Below, in pieces: positions 1 through 10,144 of a DNA stretch of 64,000 nt (within the stretch, counting starts at the first letter, position 1; every line of letters begins with the position of its first letter). A program made the position numbers and the translations under genes. A model generated the notes under the pieces. The model was given only the letters and a program-made list of their open reading frames with translations, did no database searches and was not told the origin of the DNA. Source of the stretch: an uncultured delta proteobacterium (GTDB lineage: Bacteria; Myxococcota_A; Polyangia; Polyangiales; JAFGIB01); assembly GCA_963778655.1 (NCBI GenBank), contig CAVZVA010000002.1, forward strand, positions 576,001 to 640,000, written 5' to 3'.

Positions 1-2
1 CC

Positions 3-2975
3 GCGCTCGACGGCACCTGCTCGAGCAACAGCTCGCCCGCCGCGCTGGCGGTCTGCAGCAGCGGCGTTTGCGACACGGCCAGCAACCAGTGCGGCATCGA
101 CCTCGGCAACGGCACCTGCGGCGCGGACGCCGACTGCACGGCGGGCGTGTGCGTGCTCTCGGGCGCCAACACCGGCAAGTGCGAGCCGTGCAACGGCGAC
201 GCCCAGTGCGGCGGCGCCAACCCGGCCTGCGACACCGCCGCCAACCAGTGTGTGCAGTGCACGACCGGCAACGCCGGCCAGTGCACGGGCATGCTCCCGT
301 TGTGCGACGGCGGGGCCCATCAGTGCGCCGGCTGCAACGGCAACGACGGCTCGCTGGCGACCCTGCCCTGCCCTGGCTCGGCGCCGTACTGCGCCGGCGA
401 CGGCTCCTGCAGCACCCAGTGCCAGCGCGACAGCGACTGCGGCGTCGGCAACTGGTGCGACGCCGGCTCGTGCACGGCGCAACTCGCCAACGGCGCGGCG
501 CTGCCGGTGTCGGTCAATCACACGCCCGCGCTCGACGGCAGCACTTGCAGCACGGCGGTGGCCATGGCGGTGTGCCAGAGCGGCGCGTGCGACGCCGCCA
601 GCCATCGCTGCGGCGTGGATGCCGGCCACGGGACCTGCACCGCCGACGCGCAGTGCACCAGCGGCCTGTGCATTGCCACAGGGACCAACGCCGGCAAGTG
701 CGAGCCCTGCCGCGACGACGCGCAGTGCGCGGGCGCGACGCCGGTCTGCGACACCGCCGCCAACCAGTGCGTGGCGTGCGGCGCGCAGAACACCAGCCAG
801 TGCGCCGGCACCACGCCGGTGTGCGACACGTCGAGCCACGCTTGCGTCGGCTGCAACGGCGATCAAGGCGTGCAGGCGAGCGCGGCCTGCCCGTCGGCAC
901 TGAGCCCATTCTGCGCGAGCGACGGCTCGTGCGGCAGCTGCAGCGACAATGCCAGCTGCAGCGGCGCCACCCACGCCGGACCGATCTGCAACACCGTGAG
1001 CGGCGCTTGCGGCACGGCCTGCAACGTCGATGCCGACTGCCCCGGGCAGTGGTGCGACAACCCGACCGCGAGCATTGGCGCCGGCACTTGCCGGGCCAAG
1101 CTCGCGAACGGCCAGCCGATCCCGGTGGCTGCGCCGCTCAACGCGACCTGCAACCCGACCAACGCCGCGCGCGTGTGCATGTCGGGCACCTGCGACGCCG
1201 CCGACGCACTGTGCGGGTTGCCCAACGGCCGCACCTGCTCGGCCGCGGCCGAGTGTCGCAGCGCGGTGTGCAACGCCAATCTGCAGTGCGGCGACCCCAA
1301 CGGCAGCGACTGCTCCACGGCCGCGACCTGCCGCAGCGGCATCTGTGACCCCGACGGCAAGTGCGGCGCGCAGAACGGCGAGCCCTGCACCACCCCGGCC
1401 GCCTGCCGCTCGGACGTGTGCGTGGCGGCAGACGGCCTGTGCGGCGCGCTCAACGGGGCGCCGTGCAGTGGCGAGGGCGACTGCCGCAGCGGCGTGTGCT
1501 TCAGCGATGGCTTCTGCGGCAAGCCGGTGGGCGAGAGCTGTACCGCGACCGAAATCTGCCGCGGCGTGCAGTGCGTGAGCGGCAACTGCGCGGACACCTG
1601 CCAGAACGACGCGCAGTGTGCCGCCGGCAGCTATTGCGACGACGCCGGCGCCTGCGTGCCGGCGCTGTCGAATGCCGAGCCCTGTGCCCGCGCCACGCAG
1701 TGCAGCTCGCTCACCTGCAACGCCGACGGCCGCTGCGGCGACCCGGACGGAACCGCCTGCAGCGTCGCGGCCACCTGCCGCGGGGGCGCCTGCGCCTCGA
1801 GCGTGTGCGGCACCGCCTGCAGCACGGACAGCGAGTGCGCCTCGGGCAGTTACTGCGACTCAGGCGCGTGCGTGCCGGCGCTGGCCAACGGCAACACCTG
1901 CACGCGCGCGACGCAGTGCGCCTCGGGCCTGTGCCCGGGCGACGGCATGTGCGGCCTGGCCGACGGCGCCGCGTGCGGCCTGGCCTCGGAGTGCCGCAGC
2001 GCGATCTGCGGCGCGTCCGGCGCCTGCGGCACCAGCTGCGGCTCCGACGCGGAGTGCACCACCGGCCACTACTGTGACGGCGGGCAGTGCCAGCCATCCG
2101 CGGCCAATGGGGCGATGCCCGGCGGCGCGGCTTGCGACCGCGGCGCCCAGTGCATTTCGGGCGTGTGCAGCAGCGACGGCGCTTGCGGCGCGGCCAACGG
2201 CGCGCCCTGCGGCTCGGCCGGGGTGTGTCGCAGCGACGTGTGTGACGGTCAGGACTCGAGCTGCGGATACGTCAACGGCGACGGTCCCTGCACCGGCTCG
2301 AACGCGGCCGAGGTGTGCCGCTCGCAGGTGTGCGACCAGGGCGCCTGCGGCTACCAGAACACGCACGGCCCGTGCAGCAGCGGCGAGCAATGTCTGAGCG
2401 CGAAGTGCGACTCGACGCTGCAGCAGTGCGTGGAGTGCCGGCAGGACGCCGAGTGCGCGAGCGGCTTCTTCTGCGAGGCGGACACCGGCATCTGCGCCCA
2501 GCGCCGCGTCAACGGCATGCCGTGCGCGCGAGACGCGCAGTGCGTCGTCGACGTCTGCGACGCCGACCAGCACTGCGGCTTGAACGACGGCGAAAGCTGC
2601 GCCAAGCCCAACCAGTGCCGCTCGGGCTTTTGCGGGCAGGGCAGCTGCGGCATGAACGCCGCCGACGCCGGCGCGCCTGACGCCGGTGGCGGCGACGCGG
2701 GCAAACCCGATGCGGGCATGCCGGGCGGCGCCGACGCGGGCACACCCGATGCGAGCACGCCCGACGCCGGCCCGGCCGACGCCGCAACGCCTGCGGGCCG
2801 CGACGCCGGCAAGAGCAGCGGCAAGCCCAAGGTCAGCGGCCAGCTCGCAGGCGGTGGCGGTCACTTCGGCTGCAGCGCGCTGCCCGGCGCGCCGCCGCGC
2901 GGCGCGGGCGTCTGGCTCGGGCTGCTGGCGTTCGGCGCAGCGTGGTCGCTGCGCAGGCGGCGCCGCCGCAACTAA
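3..2975 (+). CDS. Giant Cys-rich repeat cell-surface protein with MYXO-CTERM sorting signal (5' end outside window)
   Basis: The frame of ORF 147..2975 stays open back to position 3 (ALDGTCSSNSSPAALAVCSSGVCDTASNQCG...). Dozens of C-x4-5-C-x3-C repeats, a PDAG-rich linker, and the C-terminus GGGGHFGCSA...WLGLLAFGAAWSLRRRRRRN (Cys, TM helix, Arg cluster). Confidence 0.85.
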   Translation, partial: ALDGTCSSNSSPAALAVCSSGVCDTASNQCGIDLGNGTCGADADCTAGVCVLSGANTGKCEPCNGDAQCGGANPACDTAANQCVQCTTGNAGQCTGMLPLCDGGAHQCAGCNGNDGSLATLPCPGSAPYCAGDGSCSTQCQRDSDCGVGNWCDAGSCTAQLANGAALPVSVNHTPALDGSTCSTAVAMAVCQSGACDAASHRCGVDAGHGTCTADAQCTSGLCIATGTNAGKCEPCRDDAQCAGATPVCDTAANQCVACGAQNTSQCAGTTPVCDTSSHACVGCNGDQGVQASAACPSALSPFCASDGSCGSCSDNASCSGATHAGPICNTVSGACGTACNVDADCPGQWCDNPTASIGAGTCRAKLANGQPIPVAAPLNATCNPTNAARVCMSGTCDAADALCGLPNGRTCSAAAECRSAVCNANLQCGDPNGSDCSTAATCRSGICDPDGKCGAQNGEPCTTPAACRSDVCVAADGLCGALNGAPCSGEGDCRSGVCFSDGFCGKPVGESCTATEICRGVQCVSGNCADTCQNDAQCAAGSYCDDAGACVPALSNAEPCARATQCSSLTCNADGRCGDPDGTACSVAATCRGGACASSVCGTACSTDSECASGSYCDSGACVPALANGNTCTRATQCASGLCPGDGMCGLADGAACGLASECRSAICGASGACGTSCGSDAECTTGHYCDGGQCQPSAANGAMPGGAACDRGAQCISGVCSSDGACGAANGAPCGSAGVCRSDVCDGQDSSCGYVNGDGPCTGSNAAEVCRSQVCDQGACGYQNTHGPCSSGEQCLSAKCDSTLQQCVECRQDAECASGFFCEADTGICAQRRVNGMPCARDAQCVVDVCDADQHCGLNDGESCAKPNQCRSGFCGQGSCGMNAADAGAPDAGGGDAGKPDAGMPGGADAGTPDASTPDAGPADAATPAGRDAGKSSGKPKVSGQLAGGGGHFGCSALPGAPPRGAGVWLGLLAFGAAWSLRRRRRRN

Positions 2976-3031
2976 ATCAGAGCTCGCGATTCGGGATCGA
3001 ATCACAAACTCTGATTTCTGCTTTGATTGTC

Positions 3032-3052
3032 AGGGAGTCGCGCCGACTCCCT
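3032..3052 (+). terminator. Hairpin downstream of the Cys-rich gene, possible terminator
   Basis: Perfect 9-bp stem AGGGAGTCG-cgc-CGACTCCCT; only a weak T-tract follows. Confidence 0.35.
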
Positions 3053-3262
3053 TGTGCGCGAGCCAAAGCCTCGCGACTCGTGATCGGTCATTTGGCACAA
3101 GGGTTCGCAAGTCCCGCTTACATGTGCAACGCAACGCATCCCGCACCCACATCCTCCCGCAAAAATGCGACCTGCCCGGCTTCCGCATGCAGCCGCGACG
3201 GGGCTCGGGCCATACAGTAGAAAGGGATACTGACAGGCTTCGCTTGCGGGACGATTGGTGCA

Positions 3263-4831
<1,569 letters not shown>

Positions 4832-4859
4832 TCGGACCCCCCCGCTTTGGATCGATGCG

Positions 4860-5714
4860 ATGAAGCTCGCTGTTGACTCGCGTACGGCTGCGCGCGTGCG
4901 CCGGCTGGCGTGGTGCCTGTGCGCGCTGCTCGCGCTGAGCGCGTCCGGCCGTGCCCTCGCGCAAGCCGGTGAGAGCGAGGCAACCCGCGCAGCCTCGGCG
5001 CGCGCGCTGTTCGACGACGGCGTCAAGCTCGCCGATCAAGGGCAGTGGAAGGGCGCGGCTGATCGCTTCGGGCGCGCGCTCGCGCTGCACGACTCGCCGG
5101 TCATCGCCTACAACCTCGCCAGCGCATTGCAGGAGCTCGGACGTCTGGTCGAGGCCTCCGAGCTGCTGCGCCGCGTGCAGGCGCACCCGGAGGCGGACGC
5201 GGATCTGCACAAGTCCGCGCAGTCCGCGCTCGCCGCGATCGAGCCACGCCTCGCGCGCATCACGCTCCACGCGCAGGGCCGAAAGCCCGACGATGTCATC
5301 GCGATCGACGGCCGCACGCTGCTCGCGGCGCAGCTCGACGTGGCGATCCCGATCGACCCCGGCTCGCACGTGGCCAGCGCCAAGCGCGGCGGCCAGCTCT
5401 TGGACAGACAGCCCTTCGAGCTCGCCGACGGAGGCTCGAGCGAGCTCAGCTTGCAGCTGACAAGCGCGCCCTCGCCCGAACAGGTCGCCGCAGCCGCGCC
5501 CAAGCCCACGCCGGCCGCGTCCAGCGCTCCGGCGCAGGAGCGCGCGCGCGACCGGCCGCTGACCGCGCAGTGGCCGTTCTGGGCGGCGGTCGGGGCGGTC
5601 GCCGCCGGCGCGGTGGTGACCACCGTGCTGCTGGCCGGCGGTGGCTCGAGCAAGCCAACGCCGGCGGCGGGCGACTTCATGCCTCCGGTCATCCACGTGG
5701 AGGTCGCACGATGA
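4860..5714 (+). CDS. Secreted TPR + PEGA-like domain protein with C-terminal hydrophobic segment
   Basis: Signal peptide, TPR helices (ARALFDDGVKLADQGQWKGAADRFGRALAL...YNLA), PEGA-like IAIDGR...IDPGSHVASAKR, C-terminal WPFWAAVGAVAAG. Start placed at ATG 4860. Confidence 0.75.
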   Translation: MKLAVDSRTAARVRRLAWCLCALLALSASGRALAQAGESEATRAASARALFDDGVKLADQGQWKGAADRFGRALALHDSPVIAYNLASALQELGRLVEASELLRRVQAHPEADADLHKSAQSALAAIEPRLARITLHAQGRKPDDVIAIDGRTLLAAQLDVAIPIDPGSHVASAKRGGQLLDRQPFELADGGSSELSLQLTSAPSPEQVAAAAPKPTPAASSAPAQERARDRPLTAQWPFWAAVGAVAAGAVVTTVLLAGGGSSKPTPAAGDFMPPVIHVEVAR

Positions 5715-7843
5715 CAGCGCGCGCGGCCGGCACGCTGTGGGCGCTCGCGCTGGCCACGGCGCTTTCGGGTTGCGCGAGCAAGGCCGCCCCGCTGACCCAG
5801 CTCTCGGTGCGCGTGGACAGCGATCTCGATGTGCCGGCCGAGATCGATCGGGTGAAGATCGCGGTAACCGGCCTCACCGCCGGCCAATCGTCCTCCGCGG
5901 ACCTGCTCCAGCAAGGCTTCCCGCGCAAGCTCACCCTCGTGCACGACGGCGGACCGCTGGGACCGATCACGGTCACCGCGAGCGGCTGGCTTGGCGGCAC
6001 CAAGGTGGTCGAGCAGGCAGCGCGCGCGTCGTTCGTGCAGAACAAGACCAGCCAGCTCTCGATCCGTCTGGACCGGGCGTGCTTGAGCCGGTTCTGTGAT
6101 TCTGGACAGACCTGCAAGCAGGGGAGCTGCAGCCCAATCAGCGGCGGCAACCTCAATGGCGCTGGCGACGCCGGCATGGACGCCGGCGCCGACGGCGGCA
6201 GCGACGCCGCGACAGGCCCGGACGACGGTGGCACGGATGCCGCGCCCGCGGATGCGGCCCCGGCCGATGGCGGCGGCGACGCCGGCGGCAGCGACGGCGG
6301 CACCGACGCCGGCGGGTCGACCAACCTCGCGCCGATCTGCCGCATCAGCCGGCCCAGCAGCGGCCAGAAGCTGATCGCGGGCACCAGCGTGCAGCTGCGC
6401 GGCAGCTGCAGCGACCCCGAGAGCGGCGCGCTGAGCAGCGGCCTTCAGTGGAGCAGCAACCTGGACGGCGCTCTGGGCAGCGGCGCGCAACGCAGCGTGC
6501 CCTCGCTGAGCGCCGGCACCCACATCCTCAAGCTGTGCGCGACCGACCCGCAGGACTCGACCCTCAAAGGCTGCGCCAGCGTCACGGTGATGGTCGGCTT
6601 GCCGCCGCCGCCGACCGCGAGCATCACCTCCGTCACCCAGAACAACTCGGACACCCAGCCGTTCTCGACCGACACACCGATCGACTTCGCGGGCGCGGGC
6701 AGCGGCCAAGGGGTCACCCTATCCTGGCTCGACAGCATCGCCGGCGCCTTCGGCAACGGAAGCGGTCCGGCGCTGGACGCGCCCGAGCTGGGCAAGCACC
6801 GCGTGACGCTGACCGTGCGCGACAACGCGGGCCAAAGCGCCACCGACTTCGTCACCTTCGTCGTGCTCGGCTCCGGTCAGAGCCAGCTCATCTCGCCCTT
6901 CAGCAGCGTCAACACCACGATCAACTCTGCGGCCGTGAACGCGGTCGCGGCCGACTCCGCCAATCAGGTGTTGATCGGCGACCCCACCCCGCAGGTGGAC
7001 CGCTTCGACGGCGGACACGCGACCAGCGGCGCGAGCGCCGCCATCGACAGCAGCAATCTCCTGGGCGACGTGCTCGCGCTACTGCCCTGGGAGCCGAGCA
7101 TCGGAACCGGTCTGATCTACGCGGGCACCTCGGGCGGCCTGAGCGTGTGCAACTACACGGCGGGCGCGACCATCGACACCACCACCTGCAAGACCTATCA
7201 CAACGGCATGTTCCCGGATAACCAGGTCAACGCGGTCGCGCGCGTGAGCGGAACACTCGATCACCTGGTGCTGGGCACCAACAAGGGCGTGTTCGTGCCC
7301 ACCCTGGCCGTAGGCAGCAACAACGGCACGGTGGTGCTCGATGGCGAGGAGATCGCAGGCTTGGCGGCGAGCGGCTCGGCGGCGTGGATCGCGAGCGGCA
7401 GCAGCGGGCTCGATCGCTACGATCCGACGGCACGCATGCTCTCGCACCGCGACGGCGGACCCTCGCAGCAGCTGACCGCGCTGGCCGTGGGTGGTAACGA
7501 CACGGTCTGGGTCGGGTCGAACGACGGGATCGGGCGCTACGAGCCGAGCCCCGATCGCTGGACGCTCTGGCAAGCCGGCGATGCGCCTGCGCCCGGGCTG
7601 GCGAGCGACAGCGTGCGGGCGATCGCGGTCAGCCAGGTGACGGTGGGCACCCAGAGCCACGAGGTGATCTGGATCGGCACCGACGCGGGCGTGAGCCGCT
7701 TCGACCCCTCGGTCCCGTCGTTCACGACGCTGAGCACCAGCGACGGCCTGCCCAGCGACGACGTGCGCGCGATCGCGGTGTTGCCGAACGGCTCCAAGGT
7801 GCTCGGCACTGCTGCGGGCGTCGCGCTGTACACCGGGCCGTAG
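5711..7843 (+). CDS. Large lipoprotein with PKD/Ig-like domains and a Reg_prop-type beta-propeller
   Basis: Lipobox LSGC, DAG/DGG linker, PKD-like SCSDPESG...WSSNLDGALG, propeller blades (WIGTDAGVSRFD, GLPSDDVRAIAV). ATGA overlap with the upstream stop. Confidence 0.75.
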   Translation: MTARAAGTLWALALATALSGCASKAAPLTQLSVRVDSDLDVPAEIDRVKIAVTGLTAGQSSSADLLQQGFPRKLTLVHDGGPLGPITVTASGWLGGTKVVEQAARASFVQNKTSQLSIRLDRACLSRFCDSGQTCKQGSCSPISGGNLNGAGDAGMDAGADGGSDAATGPDDGGTDAAPADAAPADGGGDAGGSDGGTDAGGSTNLAPICRISRPSSGQKLIAGTSVQLRGSCSDPESGALSSGLQWSSNLDGALGSGAQRSVPSLSAGTHILKLCATDPQDSTLKGCASVTVMVGLPPPPTASITSVTQNNSDTQPFSTDTPIDFAGAGSGQGVTLSWLDSIAGAFGNGSGPALDAPELGKHRVTLTVRDNAGQSATDFVTFVVLGSGQSQLISPFSSVNTTINSAAVNAVAADSANQVLIGDPTPQVDRFDGGHATSGASAAIDSSNLLGDVLALLPWEPSIGTGLIYAGTSGGLSVCNYTAGATIDTTTCKTYHNGMFPDNQVNAVARVSGTLDHLVLGTNKGVFVPTLAVGSNNGTVVLDGEEIAGLAASGSAAWIASGSSGLDRYDPTARMLSHRDGGPSQQLTALAVGGNDTVWVGSNDGIGRYEPSPDRWTLWQAGDAPAPGLASDSVRAIAVSQVTVGTQSHEVIWIGTDAGVSRFDPSVPSFTTLSTSDGLPSDDVRAIAVLPNGSKVLGTAAGVALYTGP

Positions 7844-7887
7844 AAGCGCACGTGCGGGGCGGGTACGAGCACGCGTAGATCGAGGTA

Positions 7888-9087
7888 CTACCCTCTGCGC
7901 CAGGCGGGGCTCCAGGCGCCCAGCATCAGGCTGGAGGCACCGGCCAGGGCGGCGCCCAGGGCGAGCGCTGCGTGCGGGCTCGCGTTCTGCCACACGTAGC
8001 CGGTGAGCAGACCCGCGGGCACCGCGCTCGCGCCGACCACGAAGTTGTACAGCCCGAACGCGCGGCCCAGGGCCGAGGCCGGCGCCAGATCCTTGACGAT
8101 CGCGCGCTCACTCGGCTCGGTCAGCCCGTAGTACACGCCGTACACGACGAACAGCGCCCACGCCTGCCAGGCCGCGCTCGCCGCGCCCAGGCCCAGGTAG
8201 CAGACCGCATAGATGGTCCAGCCCATCACGATCAAGCGTGGTCGGGGCACGCGATCGGACCACGCGCCGCCGAAGTAGTTGCTCACCAGCTTCGAGACGT
8301 GCAGCACGGTCCACAGCATCGGCAGCAGCGCGACTTGCACTCCGAGCTGGCGCGCGCGCAGCAGCAGAAACGCGTCCGAGGAGTTGCCGAGCGAGAACAC
8401 GCCCACGATCAGCAGGTAGCGAAAGAAGGTGCCGGGCAGCCGCGGCGCCGGGGCCGCGGCGCGCCCCGCGGCCTGCTCGGCCGCGGGCGGCCGGCGCGCC
8501 GCCGGCTCGCGCGCGAAACGCAGCGCGGCCAGCGAGAGCAGCCCGGGTACCAGCGTCGCGAGGAATACCTGCCGCAGCGGCCAGCCGAGCGCGAGCAGCC
8601 CGCTGGCGATCAATGGACCGACCACGGCACCGGCGTGGTCCAGCGCGCGGTGCAGCCCGAAGGCGCGCCCCGCCTGCGCGGGCTCGACCGCGCCCGAGAT
8701 CATCACGTCGCGGGGTGCCGTGCGCAGGCCCTTGCCGATGCGGTCGGTCACCCGCACCGCGAGCACGTGCCAGGGCAGCGCGGCCAACCCCATCACCGGG
8801 CGCACCAGCGCCGCCAGTCCGTAGCCGAAGTACACCAGCGGCTTCTTCTTCGACGCGCGGTCGGCAAGGTAGCCCGCCGCCAGCTTGAGCAGGCTCGCGG
8901 TAGCGTCCGCCACGCCTTCGACCAGCCCCAGAAAGGTCGCCGACGCGCCGAGCGAAGCCACGAACACCGGCAGCAAGGGAAAGATCATCTCCGAGCCGAC
9001 GTCGGTGAAGAAGCTGGTCACGCCCAGCGCGACCACGGTCCTGGGCAGGCGGGCGGGGCGGCCGGAATCGGAGCTCGGTTCGCTCAT
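7888..9087 (-). CDS. MFS transporter
   Basis: About 12 hydrophobic segments; GYLADR and GAWSDR motif-A loops; DRIGKGLRTAPRD. Confidence 0.9.
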   Translation of the reverse strand: MSEPSSDSGRPARLPRTVVALGVTSFFTDVGSEMIFPLLPVFVASLGASATFLGLVEGVADATASLLKLAAGYLADRASKKKPLVYFGYGLAALVRPVMGLAALPWHVLAVRVTDRIGKGLRTAPRDVMISGAVEPAQAGRAFGLHRALDHAGAVVGPLIASGLLALGWPLRQVFLATLVPGLLSLAALRFAREPAARRPPAAEQAAGRAAAPAPRLPGTFFRYLLIVGVFSLGNSSDAFLLLRARQLGVQVALLPMLWTVLHVSKLVSNYFGGAWSDRVPRPRLIVMGWTIYAVCYLGLGAASAAWQAWALFVVYGVYYGLTEPSERAIVKDLAPASALGRAFGLYNFVVGASAVPAGLLTGYVWQNASPHAALALGAALAGASSLMLGAWSPAWRRG

Positions 9088-9187
9088 CTAGACGCCGGCA
9101 TCTTGGCGTCCGCCCGCGCGCGCCGTCAACGCCGCGGAGCCGCGCCTGCTCGCTTGCACGCTCCCAAGCCGCGCTTATTTCAAGCTC

Positions 9188-9517
9188 ATGCCGACCCCCG
9201 CGCAGATCTCCTTTCGCGGTATGGAACCCTCCCCCGCGGTCGACGAGCGCATTCGCGAGCGCGTCGCTCGTCTCGAGCGCATTCACGATCGCATCACCCG
9301 CTGCTCGGTGACGGTGAGCGCGCCGCACCAGCACCAGCACAAGGGCAAGCTGTACGACGTGCGCGTCGACGTACGCGTGCCCGGCGGCGAGGTGGTGGCC
9401 ACCCTGGAGGGCTCGCAGAACCACGCCCACGAGGACGTGTACGTGGCCATCCGCGACGTCTTCGATGTCGCCGAGCGCAGGCTGGAGGAGCTGGCGAGAA
9501 AACACCGCGGCGGTTAG
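9188..9517 (+). CDS. HPF/RaiA (sigma54 modulation, S30AE) family ribosome-associated protein
   Basis: QISFRGMEPSPAVDERIRE...HEDVYVAIRDVFDVAERRL is characteristic of the family. Confidence 0.85.
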   Translation: MPTPAQISFRGMEPSPAVDERIRERVARLERIHDRITRCSVTVSAPHQHQHKGKLYDVRVDVRVPGGEVVATLEGSQNHAHEDVYVAIRDVFDVAERRLEELARKHRGG

Positions 9518-9541
9518 TGGTTAATGACCGGGAGGGTCACG

Positions 9542-10046
9542 CGACCCTCCCGCCCCACCGGCAAAGCCGTTGGGGCCCCACCCTCCCGCGTGGCTCGCTT
9601 CGCTCGCTCCCGAGCTTGCTGCCTCTCGCCTCGGCTCACCCGACCCTCCCGCCCCACCGGCAAAGCCGTTGGGGCCCCACCCTCCCGCGTGGCTCGCTTC
9701 GCTCGCTCCCGAGCTTGCTGCCTCTCGCCTCGGCTCACCCGACCCTCCCGCCCCACCGGCAAAGCCGTTGGGGCCCCACCCTCCCGCGTGGCTCGCTTCG
9801 CTCGCTCCCGAGCTTGCTGCCTCTCGCCTCGGCTCACCCGACCCTCCCGCCCCACCGGCAAGGCCGTTGGGGCCCCACCCTCCCGCGTGGCTCGCTTCGC
9901 TCGCTCCCGAGCTTGCTGCCTCTCGCCTCGGCTCACCCGACCCTCCCGCCCCACCGGCAAAGCCGTTGGGGCCCCACCCTCCCGCGTGGCTCGCTTCGCT
10001 CGCTCCCGAGCTTGCTGCCTCTCGCCTCGGCTCACCCGACCCTCCC
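9542..10046. repeat. Tandem array of a 99-bp palindrome-containing unit (5 full copies plus a 10-bp partial), REP/BIME-like
   Basis: Unit CGACCCTCCCGCCCCACCGGCAAAGCCGTTGGGGCCCCACCCTCCCGCGTGGCTCGCTTCGCTCGCTCCCGAGCTTGCTGCCTCTCGCCTCGGCTCACC starts at 9542, 9641, 9740, 9839, 9938 and (partial) 10037. Only one substitution seen (AAA>AAG in copy 4). Confidence 0.95.
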
Positions 10047-10060
10047 TCGCCGGATCGGAC

Positions 10061-10130
10061 CTCCCAGCAAGACGGGAAGGCAGGAATTGCTGGTGTACGG
10101 GCTCTTCCCGCCCTCCCGTCTTGCTGGGAG
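10061..10130. repeat. REPIN-like inverted repeat, copy 1
   Basis: CTCCCAGCAAGACGGGAAGGCAGGAA...TTCCCGCCCTCCCGTCTTGCTGGGAG; arms match at 24 of 26 positions. Lies between convergent genes. Confidence 0.8.
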
Positions 10131-10144
10131 ATCGCCTCGACGGA

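Noticed and set aside
3092..3107. TGGCACAAGGGTTCGC as a sigma54 promoter for the kinase
   Set aside because: GG-to-GC spacing is 11 nt, not the required 10.
9542..10046. 99-bp array as a CRISPR or TIGR-like guide array
   Set aside because: The units are identical end to end, with no variable spacer segments.
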